Shown one piece after another: positions 20,901 to 31,000 of a DNA stretch of 64,000 bases. This stretch comes from Lachnospiraceae bacterium. GTDB lineage: Bacteria > Bacillota > Clostridia > Lachnospirales > Lachnospiraceae. Both the position numbers and the translations under genes were made by a program. The stretch lies in NCBI GenBank assembly GCA_015057005.1, contig SVFF01000003.1, positions 8,972 to 72,971 on the forward strand, written 5' to 3'. The notes beneath the pieces are model-generated. The model was not told the origin of the DNA. It saw only the letters and a program-made list of their open reading frames with translations, and did no database searches. Each line of letters begins with the position of its first letter. Position 1 is the stretch's first letter.

Positions 20901-23900
20901 AAAGGCAGTATGTAGCACCTGTGGAAACAGCTATGGAACAGTGGCAGGACATGATTTTGGAGATGATTGGGAATACAAAGTAGCAGAAGGACATGCACAT
21001 GTATGCCAGACCAGCGGCTGTACGGAACACGACACTGTGATCGGACATACACCGGACATTTCCGCACCTACCGAAACCCAGGATCAGAAATGTGAGGTTT
21101 GTGGATACGTGATCGCAGCAGCGACCGGCCATATCCATCAGAACCATCTGACCAAGGTAAAGGCGGAAGAAGCAAAATGTACGGAAACCGGTAACATTGA
21201 ATACTATACCTGCTCCTGCGGTAAGTGGTTCAGCGATGCAACCGGTAACGTTGAGATCACTGATAAGGACAGCGTAGTGATCGACAAACTGGGCCATGCT
21301 TATACGGAACAAATCAAAGATACCGCTCATTTGAAGAGCGAAGCAACCAAGTGTACGGAATACGATATTTATTGGTATGACTGTAGCAGATGCGACAGCA
21401 ATGCGAAGAATGATAGCGAAGCAGCCGATAAGTTCTGGACCAGCACAGATGCAGGCGACCATAACTTCAATGAAAAGATTGAAGACGCTGATCACTTTGT
21501 AAATGGAACCGGAACCGACTGTCAGCATGCAAAGGAATACTACTTCGATTGTGAATACTGTGCTGAGATGGGAACCACAAGCTGGGCAAGTGATTCTTAC
21601 GGCGACCATAAGCTGGCAAGCACCTATACTCAGGAGAACGACCAGCACTTCCATAAGTGTACGGTGACCGGTTGTGACCATACCGATACCAAGGAGGATT
21701 GCGCCGGCGGAACTGCAACCTGTCAGGCAAAGGCAGTATGTAGCACCTGCGAAAAGAATTATGGAGAACTGGGAAGTCACAACTTCAGTGAGAAACTGGC
21801 AGATGCAGCCCACCTTGTAAGCGGAAGCGGTGCGAACTGTCAGGATAAGAAAGAGTATTATTACGATTGTACCCTTTGTGATACCAAGGGAACCACTACA
21901 TGGGAAAGCGACAGCTATGGCGAACATGTTTACGGAGATATGATCAAAGCACAGGATGCTGTACATACACCTACAGAATTAAAAGCAAGTGTAGCAGCAC
22001 ATTATTTCTGTGACGAGTGTGATACATACTTTACAGAAGAAAAAGAAGAAACAACATATGACGCACTGGAAGGAGAAACACCGGTACACAGCTATGGTGA
22101 CTGGGTAAATACAGATCCAGAAGATCACTGGAAAGAATGTTCTTGTGGATTGAAAGCAAATGAAGGTGCACACGCATATGACAATATCTTTGATACAAAC
22201 TGTAATGACTGTGGTCACGAAAGAGAAGTGGAAAATCCGGCAGTTACACTGAATTTAGAAACGCTTTCTCTTGAAGTAGGAGAAGTACAGACATTAACCG
22301 TAGAAGTAACACCGAAAGAAGGATTTGATTATAATCTTGGATGGTCTTCTGACGATGAAAATGTAGCGACTGTTGATCAGAATGGTAAAATTACTGCAGT
22401 ATCAGCGGGTACCGCAGAGATTACTGTAACATTACTGATGGGTGCTGCCAGAACGACTATTTCTGATGTTTGTGTTGTAACAGTAACAGAACATGATACA
22501 AAGCTGGATATTCAAGAAGGCGGTATCACAAATGTACCGGATTCCCTGAAGGAAATCGGGCTGGATACACCGGAGAAGATAAAGGCTTCTATGGTACAGA
22601 ACCTTGAAAATAAAAACAGTCAGATCGATGAAGAAAATGTGGTACATTATGATGTGACCTTTATGTACACCGAAGATGGTGGAGAGACCTGGCAGCCAGC
22701 CGATGAAACACACTGGCCGGAAGATGGCAGAATGGTTGTGGAATTGCCTTATCCGGAAGGAACCGACAGCACCTACACCTTTGTTGTGGCCCATATGTTT
22801 ACCAGTGGTGCATTTGGTAAGACTCCGGGTGAGATTGAATATCCTGAAGTGACCAATACCGAAAATGGTATCCGGTTTGAAGTGACGGGGTTGTCTCCGA
22901 TTGCCGTAGGATTCGTGGGCGAGGAAGAACCGGAAGTACCTACCACATCTGTAACAGTAACCAAGGTATGGGAGGATGATGATAATGTAAATCGTCCTGC
23001 ATCCGTAACCGTTGTGCTTATGGCAGATGATGAAGAATATGGCGAACGCGTTGAATTGAACAAAGAAAACAACTGGACCTGTACATGGACAGAACTCCCT
23101 GCAGGCAATGCAAACGCGGCAGCTGCAATTCGTTACACAGTAGATGAAGTAGAAGTGCCGGAAGGATATGAAAAGACAATTAATGAGGTAGAAGTACCTG
23201 CCGGTGTCGGATACGAAATTATTAACACACTAATCGAAGAAGAACCGGAAGTTCCGGAAACAACTTCTGTAACCGTAGTGAAAGAATGGGATGTACCGGA
23301 AGGAATCGATACACCTGAAAACGTAGAAGTTTATCTTCTTGCAAATGGTAACGAAGTAACTGACAGCCGTACATTCCTGGATGCAGGCAATGAGTGGACT
23401 TACACATGGAACGAACTTCCTGTAGCAACAGAAGATGGTACCCCTATCGTTTACACCGTAGACGAGGTGGATGTTGAGGACTTTGAGAAGTCCATCGGCG
23501 ATGCTCAGGAAACAGACACGGGTATTGCAATCACTATCACTATCACAAATACCTATGTGGAACCCGAAAATCCGGTTTATGATATCGTAGTGATCAATGG
23601 TAAATCTTATACAGGTGCGGGTGTAGAAACCCTGGCAGCGGAAGAAGGTACAAAGATCACCATTAAGGCTGACGAAGCACCGGAAGGCAAGGAATTTGAC
23701 AAATGGGTTGTAGACAGTGGCGACATCACTCTTGCAGATGCGACCAAGGCAGAAACCACATTTGATATGCCGGCCGAAGACGTTCAGGTAACGGCAACTT
23801 ACAAGGATAAAGTGGTTACTCCTCCTGCAGATGATAACAACAAAGAGGATACAAGCAAACCATCTGAGGACAACAAAGCAGAGGAAAGTAAGCCGGCTGA

Positions 23901-24042
23901 AACAAGTAAACCTGCAACAAATACAGAAACACCAAAAACCGGAGATACCTCAAACATCTTCCTGTGGTTGGCAGTATTGTTAGTCAGCGGATGTTCCGTA
24001 GTAGGATTAATTCTTTTTGGTAAAAAAAGAAGAGTATTATAA
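17971..24042 (+). CDS. sortase-anchored scaffoldin-like protein: cohesin-like domain, Cys/His-rich repeat stalk, Big_2, two Cna_B domains, TPKTG anchor
   Basis: Signal peptide. Residues ~29-173 show a cohesin pattern (TATVAL…IFGIEG…GTKLLTATYTIPADTPAGDYTV). Many CxxC/H repeats, Cna_B (VTKVWED…WT-TW-ELP), then TPKTGD, a TM helix and a KKRR tail. Confidence 0.85.
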   Translation: MKKNIQRLLSVVLSLILIFSNINMSVLAADFGKFKAEGCTVELDGTNPGTATVALVATSNESIFGIEGYWDLTETEGSNELKLNGLASEVITFAGGLNSYADVPTGHVQWLDTSFSNPAKVSNGTKLLTATYTIPADTPAGDYTVRFQCTVLTDSTYNPDTTETYFTAKITVKGPAAHVCSGTKVTGQAATCTVDGWNDYYKCTDDTCGKLYSDEGLTQLITDLEEWKNGKGKIAAGHDYKFVEEVPAKHTAEELKEGMNAHFFCSACNTYFDSSKVATTKEALTVKASHSYTIENGYKEADGHADTCSCGAHDTVKVHTPNVENTSEADQVCSVCGYVIAEHKCNANLTKVDATSAGCTTDGNKEYYKCACGKYYKDDSAAVEIPDLDSWKANDGKIPAGHTYGELIEEQGVVHTTSELKDGMKAHYFCSACNTYFDSSKVATTKEALTIKAEHSHNQKISDAAHLVAGTGTDCQDAKEYYYDCSYEDCENIGTASWVSSEKGAHKLATTYTQENNQHFHKCTVDGCTYTDTKTDCSGGTATCQTKAVCSTCGNSYGTVAGHDFGDDWEYKEADGHAHVCQTSGCTEHDTVIGHTPDISAPTETQDQKCEVCGYVIAAATGHIHQNHLTKVKAEEAKCTENGNIEYYTCSCGKWFSDATATVEIINKDSVVIDKLGHDYTEQIKDTAHMKSEATKCTEKDTYWYDCSRCDSNAKNDLEAADKFWTSTDAGDHNFDEKIEDAAHFVNGTGADCQDAKEYYFDCAYCDEMGTTSWASDSYGDHKLASTYTQENDQHFHECTVDGCTYTDTKTDCSGGTATCQAKAVCSTCGNSYGKLGDHNFSEKLTDAAHLVSGSGANCQDKKEYYYDCILCDTKGTTTWESDSYGEHSYTQQIADADHLVAGTGMDCQDAKEYYYDCAYCDSKGTTSWVSSEKGAHKLATTYTQENNQHFHKCTVDGCTYTDTKTDCSGGTATCQTKAVCSTCGNSYGTVAGHDFGDDWEYKVAEGHAHVCQTSGCTEHDTVIGHTPDISAPTETQDQKCEVCGYVIAAATGHIHQNHLTKVKAEEAKCTETGNIEYYTCSCGKWFSDATGNVEITDKDSVVIDKLGHAYTEQIKDTAHLKSEATKCTEYDIYWYDCSRCDSNAKNDSEAADKFWTSTDAGDHNFNEKIEDADHFVNGTGTDCQHAKEYYFDCEYCAEMGTTSWASDSYGDHKLASTYTQENDQHFHKCTVTGCDHTDTKEDCAGGTATCQAKAVCSTCEKNYGELGSHNFSEKLADAAHLVSGSGANCQDKKEYYYDCTLCDTKGTTTWESDSYGEHVYGDMIKAQDAVHTPTELKASVAAHYFCDECDTYFTEEKEETTYDALEGETPVHSYGDWVNTDPEDHWKECSCGLKANEGAHAYDNIFDTNCNDCGHEREVENPAVTLNLETLSLEVGEVQTLTVEVTPKEGFDYNLGWSSDDENVATVDQNGKITAVSAGTAEITVTLLMGAARTTISDVCVVTVTEHDTKLDIQEGGITNVPDSLKEIGLDTPEKIKASMVQNLENKNSQIDEENVVHYDVTFMYTEDGGETWQPADETHWPEDGRMVVELPYPEGTDSTYTFVVAHMFTSGAFGKTPGEIEYPEVTNTENGIRFEVTGLSPIAVGFVGEEEPEVPTTSVTVTKVWEDDDNVNRPASVTVVLMADDEEYGERVELNKENNWTCTWTELPAGNANAAAAIRYTVDEVEVPEGYEKTINEVEVPAGVGYEIINTLIEEEPEVPETTSVTVVKEWDVPEGIDTPENVEVYLLANGNEVTDSRTFLDAGNEWTYTWNELPVATEDGTPIVYTVDEVDVEDFEKSIGDAQETDTGIAITITITNTYVEPENPVYDIVVINGKSYTGAGVETLAAEEGTKITIKADEAPEGKEFDKWVVDSGDITLADATKAETTFDMPAEDVQVTATYKDKVVTPPADDNNKEDTSKPSEDNKAEESKPAETSKPATNTETPKTGDTSNIFLWLAVLLVSGCSVVGLILFGKKRRVL
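19343..21928 (+). repeat. tandem 1293-bp (431-aa) duplication in the Cys/His stalk
   Basis: agcagcgagaagggtgccc at 19468 and 20761; ctttgtgataccaaggg at 20581 and 21874. Boundaries approximate. Confidence 0.88.
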
Positions 24043-24061
24043 TTAAAAATAATATTTGAAA

Positions 24062-24099
24062 AATGGCGGTGGCGGGAGTGTTTTTCCACCACCGCCATT
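24062..24099 (+). promoter_or_regulatory. GC-rich intergenic stem-loop without U-tail
   Basis: aatggcggtgg…ccaccgccatt (11-bp stem) between the scaffoldin stop and the next RBS. Confidence 0.55.
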
Positions 24100-24122
24100 C
24101 AGATAAAAAGAGGAGATTGCGC

Positions 24123-24584
24123 ATGGACGAAAAGCGAAACGTGTCCTCAAATCGGCAGGACTTACGAAGCAATCTGACAGAGGATAAGAGTATACGCCGC
24201 CTTCTGAGAAGAAAACGAGTGCAAAGAAACCGGATAATGGTTATGTCCATTTTTTCTATCGCAGTCGTTGGAATCGTAATGGTTATGGTTTTTACGATTA
24301 AAAGTCTTTTTGTGCCGGATGAACTAAAGGGCAGCTGGGCATTGGACGAGGTTACATCGTATGTGTTTGACGGGGAAAAGAATGGTGCGATGCTGGTTTC
24401 GGAATCGAAGTATAGATTTACTTATAAGGTAAAAGGGAAAACGCTGATCGTTGACTATGAAAGCGATATCCTTGTGGATGGAGAATATAAATTTAAGGTC
24501 AAAAAAGATGTGCTTAATTTGATTGGTGGAGAAGGTACCAGCGGAGATACTTACGAATTGACAAAAATGAAAAGTGATCCATGA
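24123..24584 (+). CDS. single-TM membrane protein with a small beta-rich domain (DUF5640-like)
   Basis: AGGAG RBS, basic N-terminus, TM helix, then LKGSWALDEVTSYVFDGEKNG. Confidence 0.75.
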   Translation: MDEKRNVSSNRQDLRSNLTEDKSIRRLLRRKRVQRNRIMVMSIFSIAVVGIVMVMVFTIKSLFVPDELKGSWALDEVTSYVFDGEKNGAMLVSESKYRFTYKVKGKTLIVDYESDILVDGEYKFKVKKDVLNLIGGEGTSGDTYELTKMKSDP

Positions 24585-24600
24585 AGGGAGAAAACGATTT

Positions 24601-24987
24601 ATGAATCATCTGAAGGATATAATAAATACCAGGGAAAAATGCAGGAATGCCGGGTTGGCATTGTTGTTAGTTATTGGTCTGGCGTTTCTTTTGGGAGCAG
24701 TTTTTAAAGGGGACAAGCTGAAAGGAACCTGGGATATGGACGGTACCACAGTATATCAGTTTGACGGCCGCGGAAACGGTGCCATGATCCTGCCGAGCAG
24801 TACCTATGAATTTGTGTATGAAATCAGCAAGGATAAAAAGCAGGTTTCTATAGATTTTGAGGATGAGAGAGCAAAGGATTATACATATGATTTTGCCAAA
24901 GAAGGCAAGAAGTTGATTCTTTCAGGTACGGAAGGAACAGAGAGTTTTCGGTTTGAATTTCAACGGATTAAGAATCCGAAAAAATAG
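24601..24987 (+). CDS. paralogous single-TM beta-rich protein (DUF5640-like)
   Basis: TM helix then LKGTWDMDGTTVYQFDGRGNG, aligning with the upstream ORF. Start could be 24574. Confidence 0.75.
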   Translation: MNHLKDIINTREKCRNAGLALLLVIGLAFLLGAVFKGDKLKGTWDMDGTTVYQFDGRGNGAMILPSSTYEFVYEISKDKKQVSIDFEDERAKDYTYDFAKEGKKLILSGTEGTESFRFEFQRIKNPKK

Positions 24988-25012
24988 CTTTTTAATTTGC
25001 TGGGGGATAAAA

Positions 25013-28000
25013 ATGAAGTATTATCGTAAAAAGCGTATTCTTTCTTTAATGCTTGCATTGGTTTTGATGATTTCCATGATGCCTTTGCAGGTTACAGCGG
25101 ATGAATATGACAGCTATCAAACAGTTCAGGAACAGTCTGACGCATTCCTGATAAAATATCTGGGAACGACAAACATGAGTGAAGAAGAAACGCAGAAAGC
25201 TGTATATGCCTTGGATAATGATTCTTATTATAACGCCATGGATGAGCTCCATGCAATGTTACCGTTATTTGAGCAATTGACAGAGGAAGAACTTCAAACT
25301 TTTGGAGCCGCAAATCCCACTTTTGTGGTATTCGCAGATACCATTATGACCACAAACTCCTATGAAATCATGTTGTTGGCTGCTTCCGGAACAATCCTGG
25401 ATGGGCAGATCACGGTAACGGATACAGCATCAAATGTCACTGTGACCAATAATACAGCTACTGTTACGGTAACAGGAAGTGGTGGTCTTACATCCGGTAA
25501 GACTTCCAGCAATACCGTTACCATAACCAATACTTCCGGCAGTACCGCTATGGTCAGCTTTGATTACAGCTGCCAGGCTACGGGAACTTTTACCTTTTCG
25601 GAGAATACCTCCGGTTCCTATTCCGGTATGCTGGCTGCAGGTGAGTCGGTTCATTATACCATGTCAGCAACCGGCGGGGCACTGTTTTCTTCTTCAAAAG
25701 CCACATTGACATTGAGTAATTTTAAGTTATCGAAGGCACAGGATTCTTCAAAGGTGACAGTTTCTTTTGACAGTGTGAAAGGCAGTGTGACCGCCGATGG
25801 AATAGCTATATCCGATGGTACGGTTGTGGAAGGAATTACTCCCGCCGATGGGGTTGTATTGAAGGCAGAACCGGGCAGTGGTTACGGTTTTGCATGCTGG
25901 ATCAATGCAGCGGATGAGAGTATTCTTTCTTATGATGAAGGATATGTTCTTCAACCGGAGAGTGATATCTCTGTGAAAGCGGTTTTTTATAACACAGATA
26001 CAGATGCGTATTTCAGTATCAATAAAATTTTATATTACAGTTTAAATGAGGCGCTGGGAGCTGCAAAGCAGGGAGATGTCATTGTTTTGGCAAACAATGG
26101 CACACTTACAGCCGGTGACTATACGATTCCGGCCGGTATTACCTTACTAATTCCTTTTGAGGAAGGCGGTGTTGTTTATACGACAGCGCCGGGAAGCAGT
26201 TCTGCAACCACTACACCCTCAGCGTATCGTACGCTGACTATGGCGGAAGGTGCTAATCTTATCATTAACGGGACCATGAATGTGAATGCAAGACATAACC
26301 GCAATAGTGGTAGGCCGGTTGAAAAATACGGTTACGTGGTTATGAAAGAGGGCAGCTCCATTAAGGTCAACGGTTCTTTGTATGCCTATGGCTATATCAG
26401 TGGTAAGGGTATGGTAAAGATCATGTCCGGTGCTTCCGTGTACGAATATTTCCAAATTATTGACTTTCGTGGCGGCACGGCAACATTGGGAATGTACAAC
26501 AATTCTAACGATGTATTTCCTTTGAGCCAGTATTACGTACAGAATGTGGAAGTTCCCATGACACTGGAGGCCGGTGCCAGTGAGTATGGGTATACTACTC
26601 TGTATATGAGCAGTACAGAATACCATTCTACCGTGAAATTTATCGGTACCAGCGGTGCCATGTTCAATCTGACATCCGGTTCTGTCACAAAGCAATATGA
26701 CGGCACTACGGATCGTCTGAGTATCAAGGCAAATGGCACCATGAGTCTGGATCCGCTTTCTCTGTCGGTTTCCAGCATGAGCATTAATTCTAAGGATTAT
26801 GTGCTGCCCATTAATAGTAGCATCACCATTGAACTGGAAAGCGGAACAGCCACCATAAATCAGGATATTGCGTTACAGCCGGATGCGCAGCTGAGCATTG
26901 GAGAGGGAGCGCGTTGCATTTTGGCTTCCGGAGTGCGCTTGTATGTATATGATTATGATCAGTGGGGTAATTATGTTTATAGCGGTAAACAATTAAGAGC
27001 GGTTCCTTATGCTCCGGGAAGAACTTATAAGTCCGCCTCCAGCAGTTCCCGTACGGTTTCCGGCGATGCCGGTATTCGGGTGGCAGGTACATTGGATGCT
27101 TCCGCCGGTAAGCTTTATACCACCGTGGGAGGTGCCGCAATTACCGGTGTAGAAGGGGGAGCGGTGAAGATGTCGTCCGTTTCCAATGGTTCTACCTACC
27201 AGGCTACCCAGAGCGGTACCAGTGTGTCTTATGATACCATATCGGTTACATCTGCAAAACTTCGTAATGGAGATGGAAGTTATGTGTCTACGTCCGCCAA
27301 TACCTATGCTTATGAAGATGGAGCATGGGCAATATCCTGCGAACATAGTTATAACACCAGTAGTGTGGAGCCTACCTGTACCATAGATGGTAGTATTACT
27401 TACACTTGCAGCAAGTGCGGACGTTCTTATTCCGAACGTATTCCGGCCCTTTCTCATGCTATGGTATATAGTGCGGTCAAAGAGGCTACCTGTACGGAGA
27501 ATGGAGAATCCGCCGGTGCTTACTGCAGCCGTTGTGATTATGTGGAAGCAAGTAGCAATGTCATTCCGGCATTGGGACATGACTGGACAATGGTTTCCCA
27601 TGTAGAGGCTACCTGTACGACGGATGGAAGCACTTTATATGATTGCAGCCGCTGTGATGAGACTATGGAGGAGAATGTGATTGCCACCGGTCATGATTAC
27701 GACGACGGTTTCGTGACACAGATTGCATCCTGTACCACGGCAGGTATCAGGACTTTTACCTGTGCTAATTGCGGTGATTGTCAGGAGGAAGAGATTCCGC
27801 TATTGGGGCATGATCTGACGAAACATGTGGCAAAACTGGCTTCTTATACCAGCGTTGGCTGGGATGCCTATGAGGAATGTTCCCGATGTGACTATTCCAC
27901 TTATCAGGAATATCCGATTCTGAGTAGACCGCCGGTTTCTGATTATGCGACTTTTCTTGAGAATTTGTTGCTTCTGGAGGAGATTGCAGATCATTTTGTG

Positions 28001-31000
28001 GAGGAAAATCCCGGACAGGATCCTGTGGCATTGGTATTAAATTATATTCGTACCGGTATCAGCAGTTATACCACAGCTACGTGGAAGATTATGGCCGGCA
28101 ATGAAAATATCGCCTTTACGGAGTATGTAATGGCTTATGAGGATGCCTATAATACCCTTGTGACGGAAGAAGAGGAGTTGATTTCAGTAGTCAGTATCCG
28201 TAATATAAAGCATTTTGCGGCGCCCAGCGACCCTGATTTTGAGCTGGAATTTACGCATATGTTCGGTACCATGGATATTATTCAGCATAACCGTGGCAGC
28301 GTAGACCATGCAGACGTAGCAGGCTGGTCAGGTGATCTGGTAGACTTGCTGGATTTGGTTGACACCAGAAGTGATGTGACAGGAAAAGAAACCGTGGAAG
28401 AAATGGTGGAGGCCATTTTTGCCGGGGATTATATAGCTGGTGGGGTGGAATCCTTTGGACGTCAGGATATGTATGGAGATCTGGATGCGTTTTACATCAT
28501 GAACAAGTTAGGAAAACAGGAGTACCATACCGGACTGCTTGCGGAGATATTGAGAAATTATTTTGTGGAAGGCTTGGCGGATGAAGATCGTGCTGCATAT
28601 TTCATAACGAATAGAATGAGTGGTATCACAAACCGAAAGCAGCTTCGGACAGCGGTTTATGAGGAATATGCAGGCAATAAAGTGAATATGACACTGGAAG
28701 GTACCAGAACGTTTCAATCTGATTCTACCAAGTTGTATGATCTGCGGTTGTCCTGTTGTTATGCATTTGCAGATTATTTGTGGCAGTTGGCGGGGGATTA
28801 TGTCGAAGAAAACCAAAATACTTCGCTTATTATTTCTTCCGGTGAAAAGATCACACTAGCTCCGGGTATTGAGCAGCAAACAAATTCTGCGGTCAATGCT
28901 AATGGGAAAAAGATAAATTATTATATTGCTACTGCAGACTTGAACAGGGAAGATGTTCGTATTGATTCTGCGGTGGGTAAGGGAACTGTTCTAAACCAGA
29001 TACAGTGTTATGATGCAAATGTCATTGCAGGTATGAATGCCGGTGACATTGCGGTAGTTGGATCCTACGAAAATAGTAGCAGCCTGGAAAAGATTTTGAC
29101 TGGAACAGAGTTGGTAAAGGATGGTAAAAGTGCTGTTTCGGAAGATGATAACAGTTCCTCAGGAACGGCAATGGGTATCACAAAGACCGGAAAGGCAGTG
29201 TTTATGACTGTGGACAGTGCTACGTTGACAGAGATAGCACAGATTATGTTGGATGCCGGCTGTGCCACAGCGATTCTGTTAGATCAGGGGGATACTACTT
29301 CTTATGTATCTCGATTGGAGACTGAAGAAATCTTTACTGATCATACAAGCAATAGGAAAGAAGTGGATTCGGTATTGATGATGATCTCTGACGCATCCGA
29401 CAACAGCACTTTTGATCACGCGATCCTGCATGCAGATTATTCTTATATGACGGTTAATGCCGGTGCCAGAATATCCGCTGTTGGTGTGACTGCGCGTGGC
29501 ATGGAAGTGCCTATTCCTGAGGGGAATTTGACATGGAGTGTTTCTGACAGCAGGATTGGTGCTATTGACTCGGAGGGTATTTTCACTGCCAATGCCGAGG
29601 GTATGGTTGAAGTATACTTAAGGTTGAATGACCAACAGATCGGTAGTATCACATTGTATGTGGTTACACCGGATACGATATATTTTACCAAAAGCAACAT
29701 CAATGCGTACTTTAATGAGGTAACACCGCTTCCCCTGTCGGCTCTTTATAACAGAAAGCCAGTGGCTATTGCTGCAAAGGATGTGACATTTAATGTCAGC
29801 GACAATGAGGAGGGAGTCAGTGGTGGTACTGTTACCGGGTTTGATTTCGTGGGAGACGAGGCATCCGGTATGAAAACAGTAACCATTGCAGCATCACTGA
29901 CGGCAGATCCCGATATTACGGATACCGTTTCTGTTACTATGTATCACCCCGGCGATGTTGTATTTGACTTTAATAATGTTACAGGAGGTGACCGTCAGCT
30001 GGCATGGCTGCGTGAAGTTTCGAATACTGTCACGGAGGATGGCAATACCTATTACGTTGTGGAACCCGATGAAGCGATGGTTGTAGAGTACACATTGGCT
30101 ATTGACATGTCAGCTATTGAGGTTCCGGAACAGTTGAAAGATCTGACCAATATGTTACCGGGAGCAGACAGCACAGACGGTACAGCTTGGGGGTTCTTGC
30201 TGAAGTTGGCAGAACGAGTCAGCGAACTGTCTGAGGTCAGGGCTGAAATTCAGTTTGATCCTAATTTTAAGGTAGATCTCAGTGGACTCAAATTGGAGAA
30301 TGAATATTTTATACTGAATGATGTGAATTTGACGGAAAGTACTAATGTTTTGACTGTGACTATGAAATGGCGCAAACAGTCTACTGCTATAGATCCTGCA
30401 ACAGCTAATCCGATTTGTGTAGTCAGTGGAATCAAACAGATACCCAAAGCGGATGCCGCGTGGGATGCGAGCAGCAGAATGACTCCTGTCAATAGCGGTG
30501 TATTGAGCTATCAGTTCTATTTATCTGCCGGTGCACTGTATACTTTTGCAGGGGATGAAGCCAATCAGAAAACCTATGGGTTAACTCCTTATATCAACCC
30601 GGATGATTCCGGTGACAGAGGTGCGTTTTTCGGTTCGGAATATGCATCCTTTGAGGATACCTTTACACTAGTCAATGCGTTGAAGAATGGATGGTATTTT
30701 GAAGATGGCCAAAACATTTTCTATGTAGATGGTGTGGTACATACTGAGCATAGTGCGAGGGAAAGTGTTATTACTAACCCTAATTGTACTGAGGGTGGCT
30801 ATACTACCAATGTGTGTTCAATCTGTGATGTTACGTACATTACGGATGAAACGGAACCTCTTGGTCATGAATGGGGGGAGGACAACAAGTGTATACATTG
30901 CGGTATCCGCAGTGATGTCACCGTGAAAACAGTTGGTACCATCCCCTATAAAGTGGACGGCAATGAGGTTACTGTTGATCATGAAATTGCCTGCAAGGTT

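Noticed and set aside
18490-22220. Multiheme cytochrome interpretation of the Cys/His repeats
   Set aside because: Motifs are CxxCG, CxxCD or CxC; I found no CxxCH heme-binding motifs.
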